From NCBI GenBank assembly GCA_963662275.1, contig OY759316.1:2304001-2368000 (forward strand): DNA of 64,000 nucleotides. Direction: 5' to 3'. Position 1 is the stretch's first letter. Each line of letters starts with the position of its first letter. Shown in pieces: positions 1 to 11,211 of this stretch. The notes under the pieces were generated by a model. That model had not been told where the DNA came from. It was given only the letters and a program-made list of their open reading frames with translations, and did not search any database. This DNA comes from Candidatus Cloacimonadales bacterium (GTDB lineage Bacteria; Cloacimonadota; Cloacimonadia; Cloacimonadales; DAONDQ01). A program made the translations under genes and the position numbers.

Positions 1-736
1 AGACTTTTTTAGATTATCCGTAGATTTTCTTTAGTTTTTATTTCTTTTTATGTATTTTGTATCTTCCATGAGACTTATAATTGGCTTTCACATATGACGT
101 CTCCTCGATACAATTGGATAAATCCAATCACTCGGAGAACTCTTCTTTCTGTTCTGAACATGTCAGCTGACACCTGAAACCTGTCACCTTCTGCCATATG
201 GAGGATTATTTTGGCAAAATCGGAGGAACATTTGAAAATGATTTAAAATTATGTTAGATTTAAAGAAGGAAAATAACTAATGTCTTAATGAGAGTCAGAT
301 ATACAGAAGATTTGAAAGTAATATTATCAAATGCTAAAGAATTATGATTTTAAACATTTGATAAATAAAGATTGACTTGTTATTGAATATAATACGAATT
401 ATGAAACATAGAAAGCAATACTTACAGAAATGGATTATTCATTAGATTATCTGTAGTGATATTCGTTGATAATCCATATCATATCAAGTACTTAATTTAT
501 TAAATAAAATAGGAGGTAACATATGAAAGGTGATCATTTACATGCGTTTGAAAACATAAAAGATGGACTTAGCATTTTTAATCCAGTATATTTAGGAGAT
601 ACCTCTCCAATTTTTGAATCACACAAAATTACCGATATTGCTGAGTTAATTTGGATGTCCGATAATTTGTTTAGGGCATTTGAACTCCAAACTCTTAGCT
701 TCCATGTAAAGTAATCACCACAGGTGCAACGGCACA

Positions 737-891
737 GCAACGCCTCATCTTGTGAGGTGGATAGGTCATTTTTCAAATGATGCCAAATACAAAAACAAAT
801 CCTGTCTTTCTTAATGCAATAACATAATGGAGTTACATCTGCTTGCATCGTACAAGATACGACCTATCCACCTTATGAAAAAAGGCGTTGC
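737..891. repeat. Imperfect 31-bp inverted repeat pair (REP/BIME-like)
   Basis: 737-767 GCAACGCCT..AGGTGGATAGGTC and its reverse complement at 861-891; nearby ~30-bp direct repeat TTTGAACTCCAAA..AGCTT.CATGTAAA at ~680-710 and ~940-971. Confidence 0.55.
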
Positions 892-989
892 ACCCACAAC
901 TATCGCATATCGTGAGTCCAGCAAGGAAATCCGGTCGGGTTTGAACTCCAAATCCTCAGCTTTCATGTAAATAGCCACACAAGTTACAG

Positions 990-1535
990 TTAGATCCCCT
1001 TTTTTGTCATTTCAATGCAGTGGGCTGGGCAAATCACTTTACATATCCCACATCCGTAACAATCCATTTGATTAACACGTAGTCTTGCATCTACCATTTT
1101 TCGGGCACCAAAATAGCAGGCTAGTACACATGCCCCACAATGCACGCAGGTATCCATCTCTGTTTTTTCGATGAATTGTCCTTTATCACACTCTTCATCC
1201 GGGTCGAGGAAATATCCGCAGCAATCGTCACAGCAAAAACAGATGCCATCTGTTTTTGTTCTATCCTTATTTCTAAATGGTCGGGCTACAAGTTTCTTGG
1301 TTCGAGCTTCTTCCAGGATTCGAATTACTTCTTCAAATGATACTTGATGCATATCTGAACCACTTGGGTCTTCCCCACCATTGAACATCAAACAAACATC
1401 CATTCGTGAGCGCTTACATTCCCCTTTGCTTTCCCTGCATCCGCAATTGGATACGAAAAATTCCTGTTCAGTTTGAATCAATTCCATTGCTTCCTCAAGT
1501 GTACAAACATAATGCATAGCCAGGTCTTTTTCCAT
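990..1535 (-). CDS. 4Fe-4S dicluster (ferredoxin-type) protein
   Basis: CVHCGACVLAC and CYGCGICKVICP motifs plus an N-terminal Cys cluster (CGCR, CFCCDDCCG). Confidence 0.85.
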   Translation of the reverse strand: MEKDLAMHYVCTLEEAMELIQTEQEFFVSNCGCRESKGECKRSRMDVCLMFNGGEDPSGSDMHQVSFEEVIRILEEARTKKLVARPFRNKDRTKTDGICFCCDDCCGYFLDPDEECDKGQFIEKTEMDTCVHCGACVLACYFGARKMVDARLRVNQMDCYGCGICKVICPAHCIEMTKKGI

Positions 1536-1596
1536 GTTTCCTCCTGATGAATTAGAGTGAATTTATAATGCAAATGATTATTAATAACCATTCACT

Positions 1597-4500
1597 TTAG
1601 AAACGGAATGATCTCTGTATGAATATTTCGTGTGAATAGACCGCATCTCCAGGACGAATCTGGAAAGTATAAGCTAGTTTCAGATACCAGGGCAGAGATA
1701 CACGTAATGTAGCATTATGATAAACAACAAGTTTAGTGGCTTTGGAAAGATTCGTGGTCTCCTGTAATAATGCCGTATAATCTACAAAAATGCTGCGGAA
1801 GACATATTTCCCCATATTAACAGATAAATTATTCAACAAGATGTTCGAGCCAATATTCATGAAATTACTCTGATCCGGCTGATATGAATTTTGTACAGGA
1901 AGGTTTGGATTTGAAGCATTATTGATCACATATTCATTCACAACATTGGTGATAAATCCTGGAGAAATGTTAAAAAAATCGACATGCAGGAATTTGCGGA
2001 TCTTACTTTCATAGGGAGATAGATAGGGGTCTATAAATGAAGACCCAATATTGACTCCGACTAACTGAATTGCTTCATCCTGCAGCATTGCCTGTTGTTG
2101 GGAACGAGATAGATCTTCCAAAGGTCTGTTATATCTCAATTTTGCTAAAATTTGTGTATTGGTTTTATCAAGAGGGCTATCACTCATAAGTGTCAGTTTC
2201 AAATTATGAAAGAAATTTGTATCATTATCACTTAACTGTGATACATTTAGTGTGATTAAACTGCCATCCGATGCTTTTTTATAAAATGTACCCTTCAATT
2301 TAGTCGATAAGGCAGTAACTGTCATTTCAAGATAATCGACCTCGAATGTTGTTCCAAACATATCGAGAGTTCCCTGTTCAGACATAAATAAAGCCTCTGG
2401 CACTGAGAACATGGTTCCATCATAAACCAATCTAAAGTAACTGTCGGAAGTAATGAGAAAGTTAGTGGGATAGGTAATGTATCTCATATTATTCTTGAAT
2501 CGCAAGATAACATTCATGGTAAATGGCAATGGATCAGCAACGACAACTGATTTCGGTTCTTTCGCGGTATTAATCAATTGGAGCAAATTGGCTGTATTAG
2601 AAGGATATAAACCATAGCCGTTTGACATTTCTACTTCTGCTTCTATATGCATGTCATCCCAAGGTCCCGTTATTATTGCCTCCTCAGAATACTGCCCTTT
2701 GATAACCGCATCAACGGTTGTATTTGGCTGGCTGTAATCGGGAACTGTAACAGGTATACCTTCGCTGGAAGTTTTCAAATAAAACTGACCAAGATTAAGC
2801 ATGGCAATATGGAAATCATTTTCGTCATTCTTAATCTCGCTCCTGATATTCAGATAACCTTTTCCCATATAGAATCTGCATCGTTTGAGCTCCAGGCGAT
2901 TATCCTTAATGAGGGCATTGATTTGAACCTTACTCACGGACTCACTTTGTGACTTTACTTTGAATGAACCGTTAGAAATCATGATAGAACCTTGTTTTAC
3001 GCTCAATCCCTCGTCTTCCATACCAATACTTAGAGTAATGTTCCCTTTGCCATGCCCTTGAATGAAGCGGTTCGATAATAATTCAACCAGGTTAATAAGA
3101 TCCGTATCGGCTGTTAAGTTAACTACCCTATTATCTGTAATCTGCTTACCGTTAAAAAAATTATAACCAATGCTTCCTTGCCCATGAATTGTTGTAGCTT
3201 GTGAAGAATAGGCATTTAAAGTGTCTATCTCAAGATAATCCGGGTATTGAGTGAATTTTACCAGTAAAGAATCTGCTGTTAAACTGCCATACACACAATT
3301 ACGTGCTTGCACACTAACTTGTAATAAGGGTTTTTGAGCAATCTGATTTGCTTTGCCCTGCAAATCCATGTTCAAGCTAATATCAGCATTTACTAATCCT
3401 GAAAAATCATCCTTAGGTGTGATATCACTGATATTGTATTGCTGCATATGAATATTCAGTGCCAAAGTATTATCAGTAACAAGGCTTCCATTTCCTGTCA
3501 GTATGAGGGATTTGATATTGCCAACAATAAGGGAATCGATTTGAATCTTATCCGTTGTACCGGATAGTATCAGTTTCGTATTCAAGGCATACAAATTGGG
3601 ATTAACATTCACGCTATCCAAGGATATTGTTCCAGTTATCTTATTATCTCCGAGTAAATTATAAGACATATCCAAAGTAACAGACCCACTGTATGGTGAT
3701 TTCTTCCCGAATGGCGCGAAATATGTAAGATAATTACTTAATTGAATGCTATCACCTTGAATTGAAAGTCCATATTTCAGACCCGGTTTCCATTGAATCC
3801 AACCTTTTGCATCAATACTGTCATTTAACTTAAGATCATTCGTTTCAAGACTGTTATAATCACCCGTCGAAGTTAGGGTTAAATTGATAGGTACCTGGTT
3901 GTATTGACCCTTCAATCCTTCAAGTTCCATGAAAACAGTTTTCTTTTTCAGATTAACAGCTAGTGATGTATTCAATTGAATATCATATAGTTTCCTGCTA
4001 TCTTCTAAAGCGTGAAGTGAAATATTTGTGCTAAGTTCTGAGCGATTACCCTCGGCAATTATAATTCCATCTAGAAGCGGTACTTGACCTGCTGTAAACT
4101 TCTCCGGTAAGAATTGCGTGATTGGAAGTTGAGTAATAGCTACTTTACCTTGATAATCGAAACGATCCAGATTGATTGAACCTTCCACTTGTATCTGTTG
4201 ATTAGCTGTGGCAATGGCAAGAGTGACATCCTGATTCTTCAAAGAGCCATTTCCATGAAAGTGTTCTAATAGATACTTGTCTTTTCTTAAAGTAATATCA
4301 TCAATTACCAGTTTCACTGCTGTATTCCTATTTCGGACATTCACTGTACCATGCAGATTACCATTGATTTTTAGGAGCTTCGTAGAGTGATTCATATCAC
4401 TCAATACTAAGTTGAAATTCAGTGAATCACCCGGAATAAATTTACCCTGACCTTGTAGCTGAGTATCCTGCCAATTCGCATCTTTCAGTTGGAAATCAAG

Positions 4501-5649
4501 TGTTTTCTTTGCATACAAAGCAGTAATATCCACAGAATTGAAAGTCTGTTTTTGGTAAACAATCGTATTAGAATGTCCTTCCAGTTCTATCTTAGGGTCT
4601 GATGTCGAACCACTGATTCTTATCTTCCCTGTTAATTCACCTTGCACAGAAGGAATCAAATCTGCAAGGAAGAGTCTCTGCAGGTTAACATTCGAAACTA
4701 AGGTCGGGCTTTTTGAAAGCGGCTCTCTGATGATACCTTCAAGCTGTACTTTCGATCGATCGATCGTTGCCAGAGTAGGACGAATCTGAAGGGCATTACT
4801 ACTCCCAAAGACACTCATGTTTCTTACATCAATGTGATGTCCTGCAATATCCGCAGATGCTTGATGAATACCTGCTTTCAATTGAATGATTGGCAATTCT
4901 TTTGAAGACATATTGCTCTGTGGATTAGAATGCATGGATAATAACAAACTCATGTTTAACTTAAGCTGTTTAATCTTATCCAATTCAACGAGTTGAGGCT
5001 GATAATTGGTGATAGATAAATCGACATCCTGTAACTTTCCTTTTACCAGGCTCATCTTCCCAGTCAACGAAGCATTGTTGGCAGTAGAAGCATGAATTGA
5101 GATATTCGATTTACGTTTATTGATAATGGAAATCTGAATATTATTAAAGGTCTCATTAATTCTCCATTTTGCTGGTGTTTTTTCATCAATGCTGTCGCTT
5201 GCATTGATGATGAGTCTTCCATTGTAAACAGTTAGACGATTGAAGTAACGGTTTAAGTCTATAGATGTTTTAGCTTTTGTTTTCAATGGATTAGGAGAAT
5301 ATATATAATGAATATCAGGTTCATATACAGATATTTGATCTATTGCTTTTGTAATCTGAAAACCTGAGTACATAAATTTTAGCAAGTTGTAACGAACATA
5401 TATCTTCTGAATCTTAACATCATATTTATTTTTATTATCATGAATATGGATTTTACTGATCGTAACTAAGTTTTCTGTCAGATCCAGGTTCCCTATAGAT
5501 ATGCCAACTTTCAATTCCTTAGCTAAATATGAAGATAGTTTTACTCTAATTAATTCATCAACATTGGCATAACGCATTACCAGCATGTAGGTAAGATTCA
5601 CCAAGAGGAGAATTAGAATGAGAATTAAAAACCATCGCTGATGCTTCAA
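1597..5649 (-). CDS. TamB/AsmA-like translocation and assembly module protein
   Basis: 1350 aa, single N-terminal TM anchor, long beta-rich body, C-terminal aromatic residue; lies directly after lolD. Confidence 0.65.
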   Translation of the reverse strand: MKHQRWFLILILILLLVNLTYMLVMRYANVDELIRVKLSSYLAKELKVGISIGNLDLTENLVTISKIHIHDNKNKYDVKIQKIYVRYNLLKFMYSGFQITKAIDQISVYEPDIHYIYSPNPLKTKAKTSIDLNRYFNRLTVYNGRLIINASDSIDEKTPAKWRINETFNNIQISIINKRKSNISIHASTANNASLTGKMSLVKGKLQDVDLSITNYQPQLVELDKIKQLKLNMSLLLSMHSNPQSNMSSKELPIIQLKAGIHQASADIAGHHIDVRNMSVFGSSNALQIRPTLATIDRSKVQLEGIIREPLSKSPTLVSNVNLQRLFLADLIPSVQGELTGKIRISGSTSDPKIELEGHSNTIVYQKQTFNSVDITALYAKKTLDFQLKDANWQDTQLQGQGKFIPGDSLNFNLVLSDMNHSTKLLKINGNLHGTVNVRNRNTAVKLVIDDITLRKDKYLLEHFHGNGSLKNQDVTLAIATANQQIQVEGSINLDRFDYQGKVAITQLPITQFLPEKFTAGQVPLLDGIIIAEGNRSELSTNISLHALEDSRKLYDIQLNTSLAVNLKKKTVFMELEGLKGQYNQVPINLTLTSTGDYNSLETNDLKLNDSIDAKGWIQWKPGLKYGLSIQGDSIQLSNYLTYFAPFGKKSPYSGSVTLDMSYNLLGDNKITGTISLDSVNVNPNLYALNTKLILSGTTDKIQIDSLIVGNIKSLILTGNGSLVTDNTLALNIHMQQYNISDITPKDDFSGLVNADISLNMDLQGKANQIAQKPLLQVSVQARNCVYGSLTADSLLVKFTQYPDYLEIDTLNAYSSQATTIHGQGSIGYNFFNGKQITDNRVVNLTADTDLINLVELLSNRFIQGHGKGNITLSIGMEDEGLSVKQGSIMISNGSFKVKSQSESVSKVQINALIKDNRLELKRCRFYMGKGYLNIRSEIKNDENDFHIAMLNLGQFYLKTSSEGIPVTVPDYSQPNTTVDAVIKGQYSEEAIITGPWDDMHIEAEVEMSNGYGLYPSNTANLLQLINTAKEPKSVVVADPLPFTMNVILRFKNNMRYITYPTNFLITSDSYFRLVYDGTMFSVPEALFMSEQGTLDMFGTTFEVDYLEMTVTALSTKLKGTFYKKASDGSLITLNVSQLSDNDTNFFHNLKLTLMSDSPLDKTNTQILAKLRYNRPLEDLSRSQQQAMLQDEAIQLVGVNIGSSFIDPYLSPYESKIRKFLHVDFFNISPGFITNVVNEYVINNASNPNLPVQNSYQPDQSNFMNIGSNILLNNLSVNMGKYVFRSIFVDYTALLQETTNLSKATKLVVYHNATLRVSLPWYLKLAYTFQIRPGDAVYSHEIFIQRSFRF

Positions 5650-5662
5650 TCAACTTCCTTTT

Positions 5663-6343
5663 TTATAACAGGGGAGGAACGGTTAAAACACCATTTTCCA
5701 GTTTGAAGTGTCTACCCGCTTTTCCTGCAATATCTTCATTATGAGTAACTATGACAAAGGTCTGACCATGTGTTTTCTGCATCTTAAGCATCAAGTCAAA
5801 CACTTCAGCACTATGAGTTGGATCAAGATTGCCTGTAGGCTCATCAGCATAAACAATATCCGGCTTGTGTATCATCGCTCTGCCAATTGCGATACGCTGC
5901 TGTTCTCCCCCACTCAATGCATTTGGATAGTGATTTCCCCGATTAGACATATCTAAAAGTTTCAGCCATTCATTTGCTTCCTTAATACTCTTCTGATAAG
6001 ATAACCCTTGTATGAGTAAAGGCAGAGCAATATTTTCCGCAGCCGTCAGATCTTCCAGCAAATAATGAAACTGAAAGATAAAACCGATATGCAAACTTCT
6101 GAACTGAACACTCTTCTTATCTCGAGTTGTGTAGTGAATATCACGATACAACAATTCACCGGAACTGGCATCATCTAACAATCCAAGCACATGAAGCAAA
6201 GTACTTTTACCGCATCCTGATTGACCGGTAATGCTGATCAGATCGCCAGATTCAATTGTGAGGCTAATATCACTCAGAACTTCCAGGGAGCTATTCCCTT
6301 CCCTGTAGCTTTTTTTAATATGTGAAGCTCGTAATATATTCAT
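5663..6343 (-). CDS. lolD: Lipoprotein-releasing ABC transporter ATPase
   Basis: GQSGCGKST Walker A, GFIFQFHYLL, LSGGEQQR, ADEPTGNLD. Confidence 0.9.
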   Translation of the reverse strand: MNILRASHIKKSYREGNSSLEVLSDISLTIESGDLISITGQSGCGKSTLLHVLGLLDDASSGELLYRDIHYTTRDKKSVQFRSLHIGFIFQFHYLLEDLTAAENIALPLLIQGLSYQKSIKEANEWLKLLDMSNRGNHYPNALSGGEQQRIAIGRAMIHKPDIVYADEPTGNLDPTHSAEVFDLMLKMQKTHGQTFVIVTHNEDIAGKAGRHFKLENGVLTVPPLL

Positions 6344-6348
6344 TGATT

Positions 6349-7587
6349 CTATCCTTCACGTAAAATATCGATAATGCGCATCTGATTTATTCTTCGCAAG
6401 GGTATCATGATACCCAAAGAAATAGTGACAAATGCGACAAGAAAAATGAAGCCAAGATTAAATAGTGTCAACTGTATAGATAGCTGGTCAAGGAAATACA
6501 CATCTGCCTTGAGGTGAAAAACCGTCTGTTTGGCGATAATCCAAGCTAAAAATACGCCTAAAGCTTCTCCTGCAATGATTGCACAGATACCAATGACAAT
6601 AACTCTCCCATAAAATATCTGCTTAAGAAGTAGGTCACTGCCACCTATTGCTTTGATGATACCGATTTCCCTTCTTTTCTCAATGATCATCGTTAATAAG
6701 GCACTTATCACATTAAAAGATGCGATGAGAAGAAGGAATGTAAGTATTATAAATATCAGCCACTTCTCCATAGTTAGCAAAGAAAAAAGTGATTGCGAGA
6801 AATATGACCAGGAGAGAACTTGGTATTTATCTTTAAAAGAGAGACTCCATAACCTAGAAAGCTTTTCTGCATCGTTCAGGAATTTATCAGAAAGCCTAAT
6901 TTCCATCATATTTTTATTATCACCCATTTGAAAAAATTCAGCAACACGATCCTGATTCATGAAAACATAGGAATTATCATATTCGTACATCCCCGAACGA
7001 TATTTACCTACTACTCTGAAAGTCTCTGACTTGGGCACCATCCCTACACCAAAACCTGCTTGAAGCATAGGTCTTAATAGTTTGACAGAATCTCCTAAGG
7101 CGAGATTCATTTCAGTGGCAATCCTGTCTCCAAGTACAATATCAGTATCATTTTTCAATTGATTAGTACCCTGATACACATATTTCCGATAATCAGTTGT
7201 GGGATTTTGTGTTTTCCAGTCGATACCATGGACAACACAACCTTTGATTTTATCCTTGGCTGATAGCATTGCCGGTTTCATAACAATGGCTGCGTACGAT
7301 TGTATTTGTTTCTGTTGAGAAAGAAAAAATTCCAGGGAATGAATATCAGTTGCATTTAGTTCATCAGCAAAATTCGGATAAATGTAGATATGAGAATTTG
7401 CCCCAAGCATGACTCTTTTTAAAGCTTGTGTATAACCATCAAATAAGGAAATTGCTGCTGTTAACGTGCAAACAGATATGATTATTCCAAGAACCATGAA
7501 AACCGAATCAAATCTTAACCATTCCCTCCTGGGAGAGAATAAATACCTTCTAAAAGTAATCCATGCAAGCTGATTGATATTACGCAT
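6349..7587 (-). CDS. Lipoprotein-releasing ABC transporter permease LolC/E
   Basis: FtsX/MacB-type topology, EKRREIGIIKAIG motif, adjacent to lolD. Confidence 0.85.
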   Translation of the reverse strand: MRNINQLAWITFRRYLFSPRREWLRFDSVFMVLGIIISVCTLTAAISLFDGYTQALKRVMLGANSHIYIYPNFADELNATDIHSLEFFLSQQKQIQSYAAIVMKPAMLSAKDKIKGCVVHGIDWKTQNPTTDYRKYVYQGTNQLKNDTDIVLGDRIATEMNLALGDSVKLLRPMLQAGFGVGMVPKSETFRVVGKYRSGMYEYDNSYVFMNQDRVAEFFQMGDNKNMMEIRLSDKFLNDAEKLSRLWSLSFKDKYQVLSWSYFSQSLFSLLTMEKWLIFIILTFLLLIASFNVISALLTMIIEKRREIGIIKAIGGSDLLLKQIFYGRVIVIGICAIIAGEALGVFLAWIIAKQTVFHLKADVYFLDQLSIQLTLFNLGFIFLVAFVTISLGIMIPLRRINQMRIIDILREG

Positions 7588-7594
7588 ATGAAAT

Positions 7595-8239
7595 CTAATT
7601 TCGAATATTCAGAGGATTATCCTGGTTATGAAAGAGAAGATCATTCACATAATCGGTAGTGTCTGCTGCGGAAGATGATTTTACTTTTGTTTTAGTGAGA
7701 GCAGAATTCATCGGTAAATTCTTTGCCTTTGTTTTCACCTGCAGAAGTTTCATCCGAACAGTATCGGGTTTTGCAATGACAGGATTCGAAGATATGGTTT
7801 TTACACTATCACTCATTATTTTTGTTCGATGAAAAATTGCCTTCTGCGAACCAGGTGTTTGTTTGTAAGTTCTATATGCTTTAATTACAATGAAACCGAG
7901 TATTAAGATTAGTAATAAAACTCCTATCAGGTAAAGGAAATTGGTTGAAATAAGGATTTTATTTTCTTTGATTGGCGGTCTGGGTTTGAATTTAGCTGTC
8001 TTTTCATTGGGATAAGAAGCTTCAAATAGTGCTAAAGCTCTTTCCTGATCTGCATGAAGAGTACGTATTACAGTATAAACGATCGCCTTTGCATAACCAT
8101 AAACACCAATATTTTCAAGATGATCATCTTCAATATCAGCTAGCATTTGAATACTCATTTTGGTTTCATGATGCAAATCTTCTAAGGTTAAGTGTTGTTC
8201 TTCTCTAAGTGTCTTGAGATAAGATCCAATCGTATCCAT
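7595..8239 (-). CDS. RodZ-like HTH membrane protein
   Basis: IGSYLKTLREEQHLTLEDL HTH at the N terminus followed by a single TM helix. Confidence 0.7.
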   Translation of the reverse strand: MDTIGSYLKTLREEQHLTLEDLHHETKMSIQMLADIEDDHLENIGVYGYAKAIVYTVIRTLHADQERALALFEASYPNEKTAKFKPRPPIKENKILISTNFLYLIGVLLLILILGFIVIKAYRTYKQTPGSQKAIFHRTKIMSDSVKTISSNPVIAKPDTVRMKLLQVKTKAKNLPMNSALTKTKVKSSSAADTTDYVNDLLFHNQDNPLNIRN

Positions 8240-8277
8240 GACAACCTCTTCAACGTTTATTCAGGCTTGTGAGACAT

Positions 8278-9066
8278 TCACCAATCATAAGTTCCATCAA
8301 ATACGTGAACCACTTCTCCAGTTAAATATATGTGCTGGCTTTTTTCATCGTATTCAGTCTCTACAAACCCACCGGGTAAATCAATTTGCAGTCTTGCATG
8401 ACATCGTTTAGATATCAATCCGGCATAAGCAACTGCACATGCTCCAGTTCCACAAGCCAGGGTGATACCGCTTCCCCTCTCCATAACCTGGACTGTTACT
8501 CGAGATTGGTTATCAATCCTAACAAATTCAACATTGATTCCATTAGTAAAGTAACCTGTTTGATGAATTGAGCCTGCATATTCTGTGATGCGTGTTCCAG
8601 GCAGATTATCTACAAAAATAATAAAATGAGGATTGCCCATGTCCACATAATCACCTGTAAAACCAGCCAAAGACAAATTAGCCTTCAAAATCTTTGGGAT
8701 ACCCATATCCACCCTGACTTTGGTTCTTCCATCTTCTAGTAGTGTGAATCCTGTTTTAATACCGGATGCAGTGTCAATCTGATATGTAGTATCCACTCCG
8801 CTTGCACCCAGGTAACCACAAACAGATCTTAAAGCAGAACCGCACATTTCTGCCTCAGAACCATCAGCATTGATAATTCTCATATGGGCATCTGCATCAT
8901 CTGAGGATAGAATCAGGACAATCCCATCAGCTCCTACCCCATAATGTCTGTCACATATATGTCTGGATAAATCAGAATAATCAAGTGAAGGCAAGTCTTT
9001 TTCCCGAAAATCGAAATACAGGTAATCATTACCCTGGGCTTGCATTTTAAAGAATGGCATCTTCAT
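8278..9066 (-). CDS. dapF: Diaminopimelate epimerase
   Basis: GNDY, NADGSEAEMCG, MGNPH, ERGSGITLACGTGACA. Confidence 0.95.
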   Translation of the reverse strand: MKMPFFKMQAQGNDYLYFDFREKDLPSLDYSDLSRHICDRHYGVGADGIVLILSSDDADAHMRIINADGSEAEMCGSALRSVCGYLGASGVDTTYQIDTASGIKTGFTLLEDGRTKVRVDMGIPKILKANLSLAGFTGDYVDMGNPHFIIFVDNLPGTRITEYAGSIHQTGYFTNGINVEFVRIDNQSRVTVQVMERGSGITLACGTGACAVAYAGLISKRCHARLQIDLPGGFVETEYDEKSQHIYLTGEVVHVFDGTYDW

Positions 9067-9812
9067 CTGTTTAAAATATCCTCAAAAACATCACTAAACC
9101 GGTATATCCCTTTTTTATCCTCTATCCACATCGCTCCTTTCAAGGCACCTAAGGCAAGTCCAGAGCGATTCCTAACACGATGAATCAATTCAATGGTGTC
9201 TGCATTTGAATCGAAACCGATTGTATGCGTTCCAGGGATACTTCCCGCACGAATACTGGCAAAATGTAACTCTTCAGGTTCTATCTGTCGATTTACCATT
9301 TCAAATTGTACGCTTGTTTTTTGTGCCATATTTTTAATTATAATCTGTGAAAGTTCTTTCGCTGTACCGGAAGGACTATCCTTTTTCTGGTTATGATGTA
9401 GTTCTAATCCATAAATGTCGTATTCAGGCAGCTTTGACATCAATTTGGCAGCTTGTTCCACAATCCGATAAAAAGCATTCATGCCTATTGAGAAGTTAGA
9501 CCCGTATAAAATTCCAATACCGTACTGATCCGTTAAGGCTGAAATTGCTTCATAATGCTGCTCCCAACCAGTTGTTCCGATCACGATATGTACATGATTC
9601 GAAGCAATCATCTGACAATTCTCCAAAACAGCAGTGGGATGTGTGAAATCTATGCAAACCTGTGCTCCATTCAGACTTTCCCTGGTTATTTTTGAAGGAA
9701 GTCCTTGAACATTAGGGTCAATCTTAGAAACGATCTCAATCTCGAAATCTTTAGCGATATCTTCGATCATGTGCCCCATCTTTCCATAACCGGATAATGC
9801 GATACGCAACAT
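9063..9812 (-). CDS. dapB: 4-hydroxy-tetrahydrodipicolinate reductase
   Basis: GYGKMG, IDFTHP, IGTTG, ELHHNQKKDSPSGTA. Confidence 0.95.
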   Translation of the reverse strand: MLRIALSGYGKMGHMIEDIAKDFEIEIVSKIDPNVQGLPSKITRESLNGAQVCIDFTHPTAVLENCQMIASNHVHIVIGTTGWEQHYEAISALTDQYGIGILYGSNFSIGMNAFYRIVEQAAKLMSKLPEYDIYGLELHHNQKKDSPSGTAKELSQIIIKNMAQKTSVQFEMVNRQIEPEELHFASIRAGSIPGTHTIGFDSNADTIELIHRVRNRSGLALGALKGAMWIEDKKGIYRFSDVFEDILNR

Positions 9813-9826
9813 TCTTTCTCCAAGTC

Positions 9827-10951
9827 TTAACTATTTGAATAGATTCTAATCAATTCCTTGACCCATTTTGTTCCTTTATCCAATTCTGAAACACGGATAC
9901 ATTCAGCAACAGTATGTACTTTATCCATACCTGTCCCAACAGCTATGACAGAGATTCCTTTTCCATTAAAGATGTTTGCATCACTTCCGCCTCCACCTTT
10001 TAGTGTCCGAACCGGTACTCCAATTTTTTCAGCAGCCTGAATCGCCATATGAACAATTGGATCATCATTCTCATAAAAGAAGGAATGATATTCATTATGA
10101 ACAATTGCATCTACAGTTGCCTGGAAACCATTTACTTCAAATTTCTCAACAGTATCTGTAAATACTTTAACTATCGTTTCTGTTAGTTCAGTTAGTTTCT
10201 TCATGCTATGACTTCGTACTTCTCCACGAATCTTAACTAAATTTGGTACAACATTAGTCGCTGCACCTCCATTCATGATGCCTATATTGCATGTTGTTTC
10301 AAAGTCAACCCGACCCCATTGCAGCAAAGATATTGCTTCCGCAGCAACTTGTATGGCGTTAATACCTTTCTCTGGTTCAACACCAGCATGGGCTTCCTTT
10401 CCATGGATAAGAAACTCCAGGCTGTTCTGTGATGGAGCTCCCACCATAAATTCTCCAACAAGATGGGCATCCAAGGCATAACCGAATTTAGATTTCAGAA
10501 GATCAAAATCAAGGTATTTTGCGCCTAATAGACCAATTTCCTCGGATATTGTAAAAAGTAATTCAATGGGTGCATGAGGTTCTCCGGAATCCTGCAATTC
10601 CTTAATGGCGAACATGATCTCGGCAATCCCTGATTTATCATCAGATCCCAGGATCGTAGTACCATCAGAATAAATGACACCATCACGGATAATTGGTTTC
10701 ACATTGTTTCCCGGAAGAACTGTATCCATATGAGAACATAAAAGCATTGATGGTTTATCTATGATTCCGGGAATGTAGGCATACAGGTTACCACAATTTC
10801 CACCTGTTTCCTTATTTGCCTGATCGAAGATCGGGTTAAAACCCATTCCACGTAAATCATCCATAAGCTTTAGCGCAATTTCTTGTTCATGAAGTGATTC
10901 GCTATTGATTTGTACTAGAGATAAAAAGTAATCTAATACCGTTCCTTGCAT
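9827..10951 (-). CDS. M20/M25/M40 metallopeptidase (peptidase T-like)
   Basis: SHMDTV, LGSDDKSG, SEEIGLLG, GGGSDAN, HTVAE. Confidence 0.9.
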   Translation of the reverse strand: MQGTVLDYFLSLVQINSESLHEQEIALKLMDDLRGMGFNPIFDQANKETGGNCGNLYAYIPGIIDKPSMLLCSHMDTVLPGNNVKPIIRDGVIYSDGTTILGSDDKSGIAEIMFAIKELQDSGEPHAPIELLFTISEEIGLLGAKYLDFDLLKSKFGYALDAHLVGEFMVGAPSQNSLEFLIHGKEAHAGVEPEKGINAIQVAAEAISLLQWGRVDFETTCNIGIMNGGAATNVVPNLVKIRGEVRSHSMKKLTELTETIVKVFTDTVEKFEVNGFQATVDAIVHNEYHSFFYENDDPIVHMAIQAAEKIGVPVRTLKGGGGSDANIFNGKGISVIAVGTGMDKVHTVAECIRVSELDKGTKWVKELIRIYSNS

Positions 10952-11154
10952 GATATATACCCCTTGATGTAATTTTCAAAACATTGATTCAAATATATAG
11001 TATATACAATGCGTCAACTAAAAAAACTACAAGGTAAACAAGAATATCCATTATATGATAAAAAGAAAATGAGATTTATGGTGCATGCTCTTCCGTAGTA
11101 TTTCGAATAATCCGTTTGCATATACCCATTTAGGAGCTGTAATAAGTACGAAAT

Positions 11155-11180
11155 AAAACCCCCAGGATCACTCCCGGGGG
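11155..11180 (-). terminator. Putative intrinsic terminator
   Basis: CCCCCGGGA/TCCTGGGGG stem followed by a T-run on the minus strand, downstream of the 11212-12960 gene. Confidence 0.55.
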
Positions 11181-11211
11181 CATATTTGTTCAGCAAATAA
11201 GATTTGCTTTT

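Noticed and set aside
523..848. Short ORFs 523-714 (+) and 534-848 (-)
   Set aside because: No recognisable motifs and both run into repeat sequence; 523-714 has an RBS and may be a gene remnant, but no call is supportable
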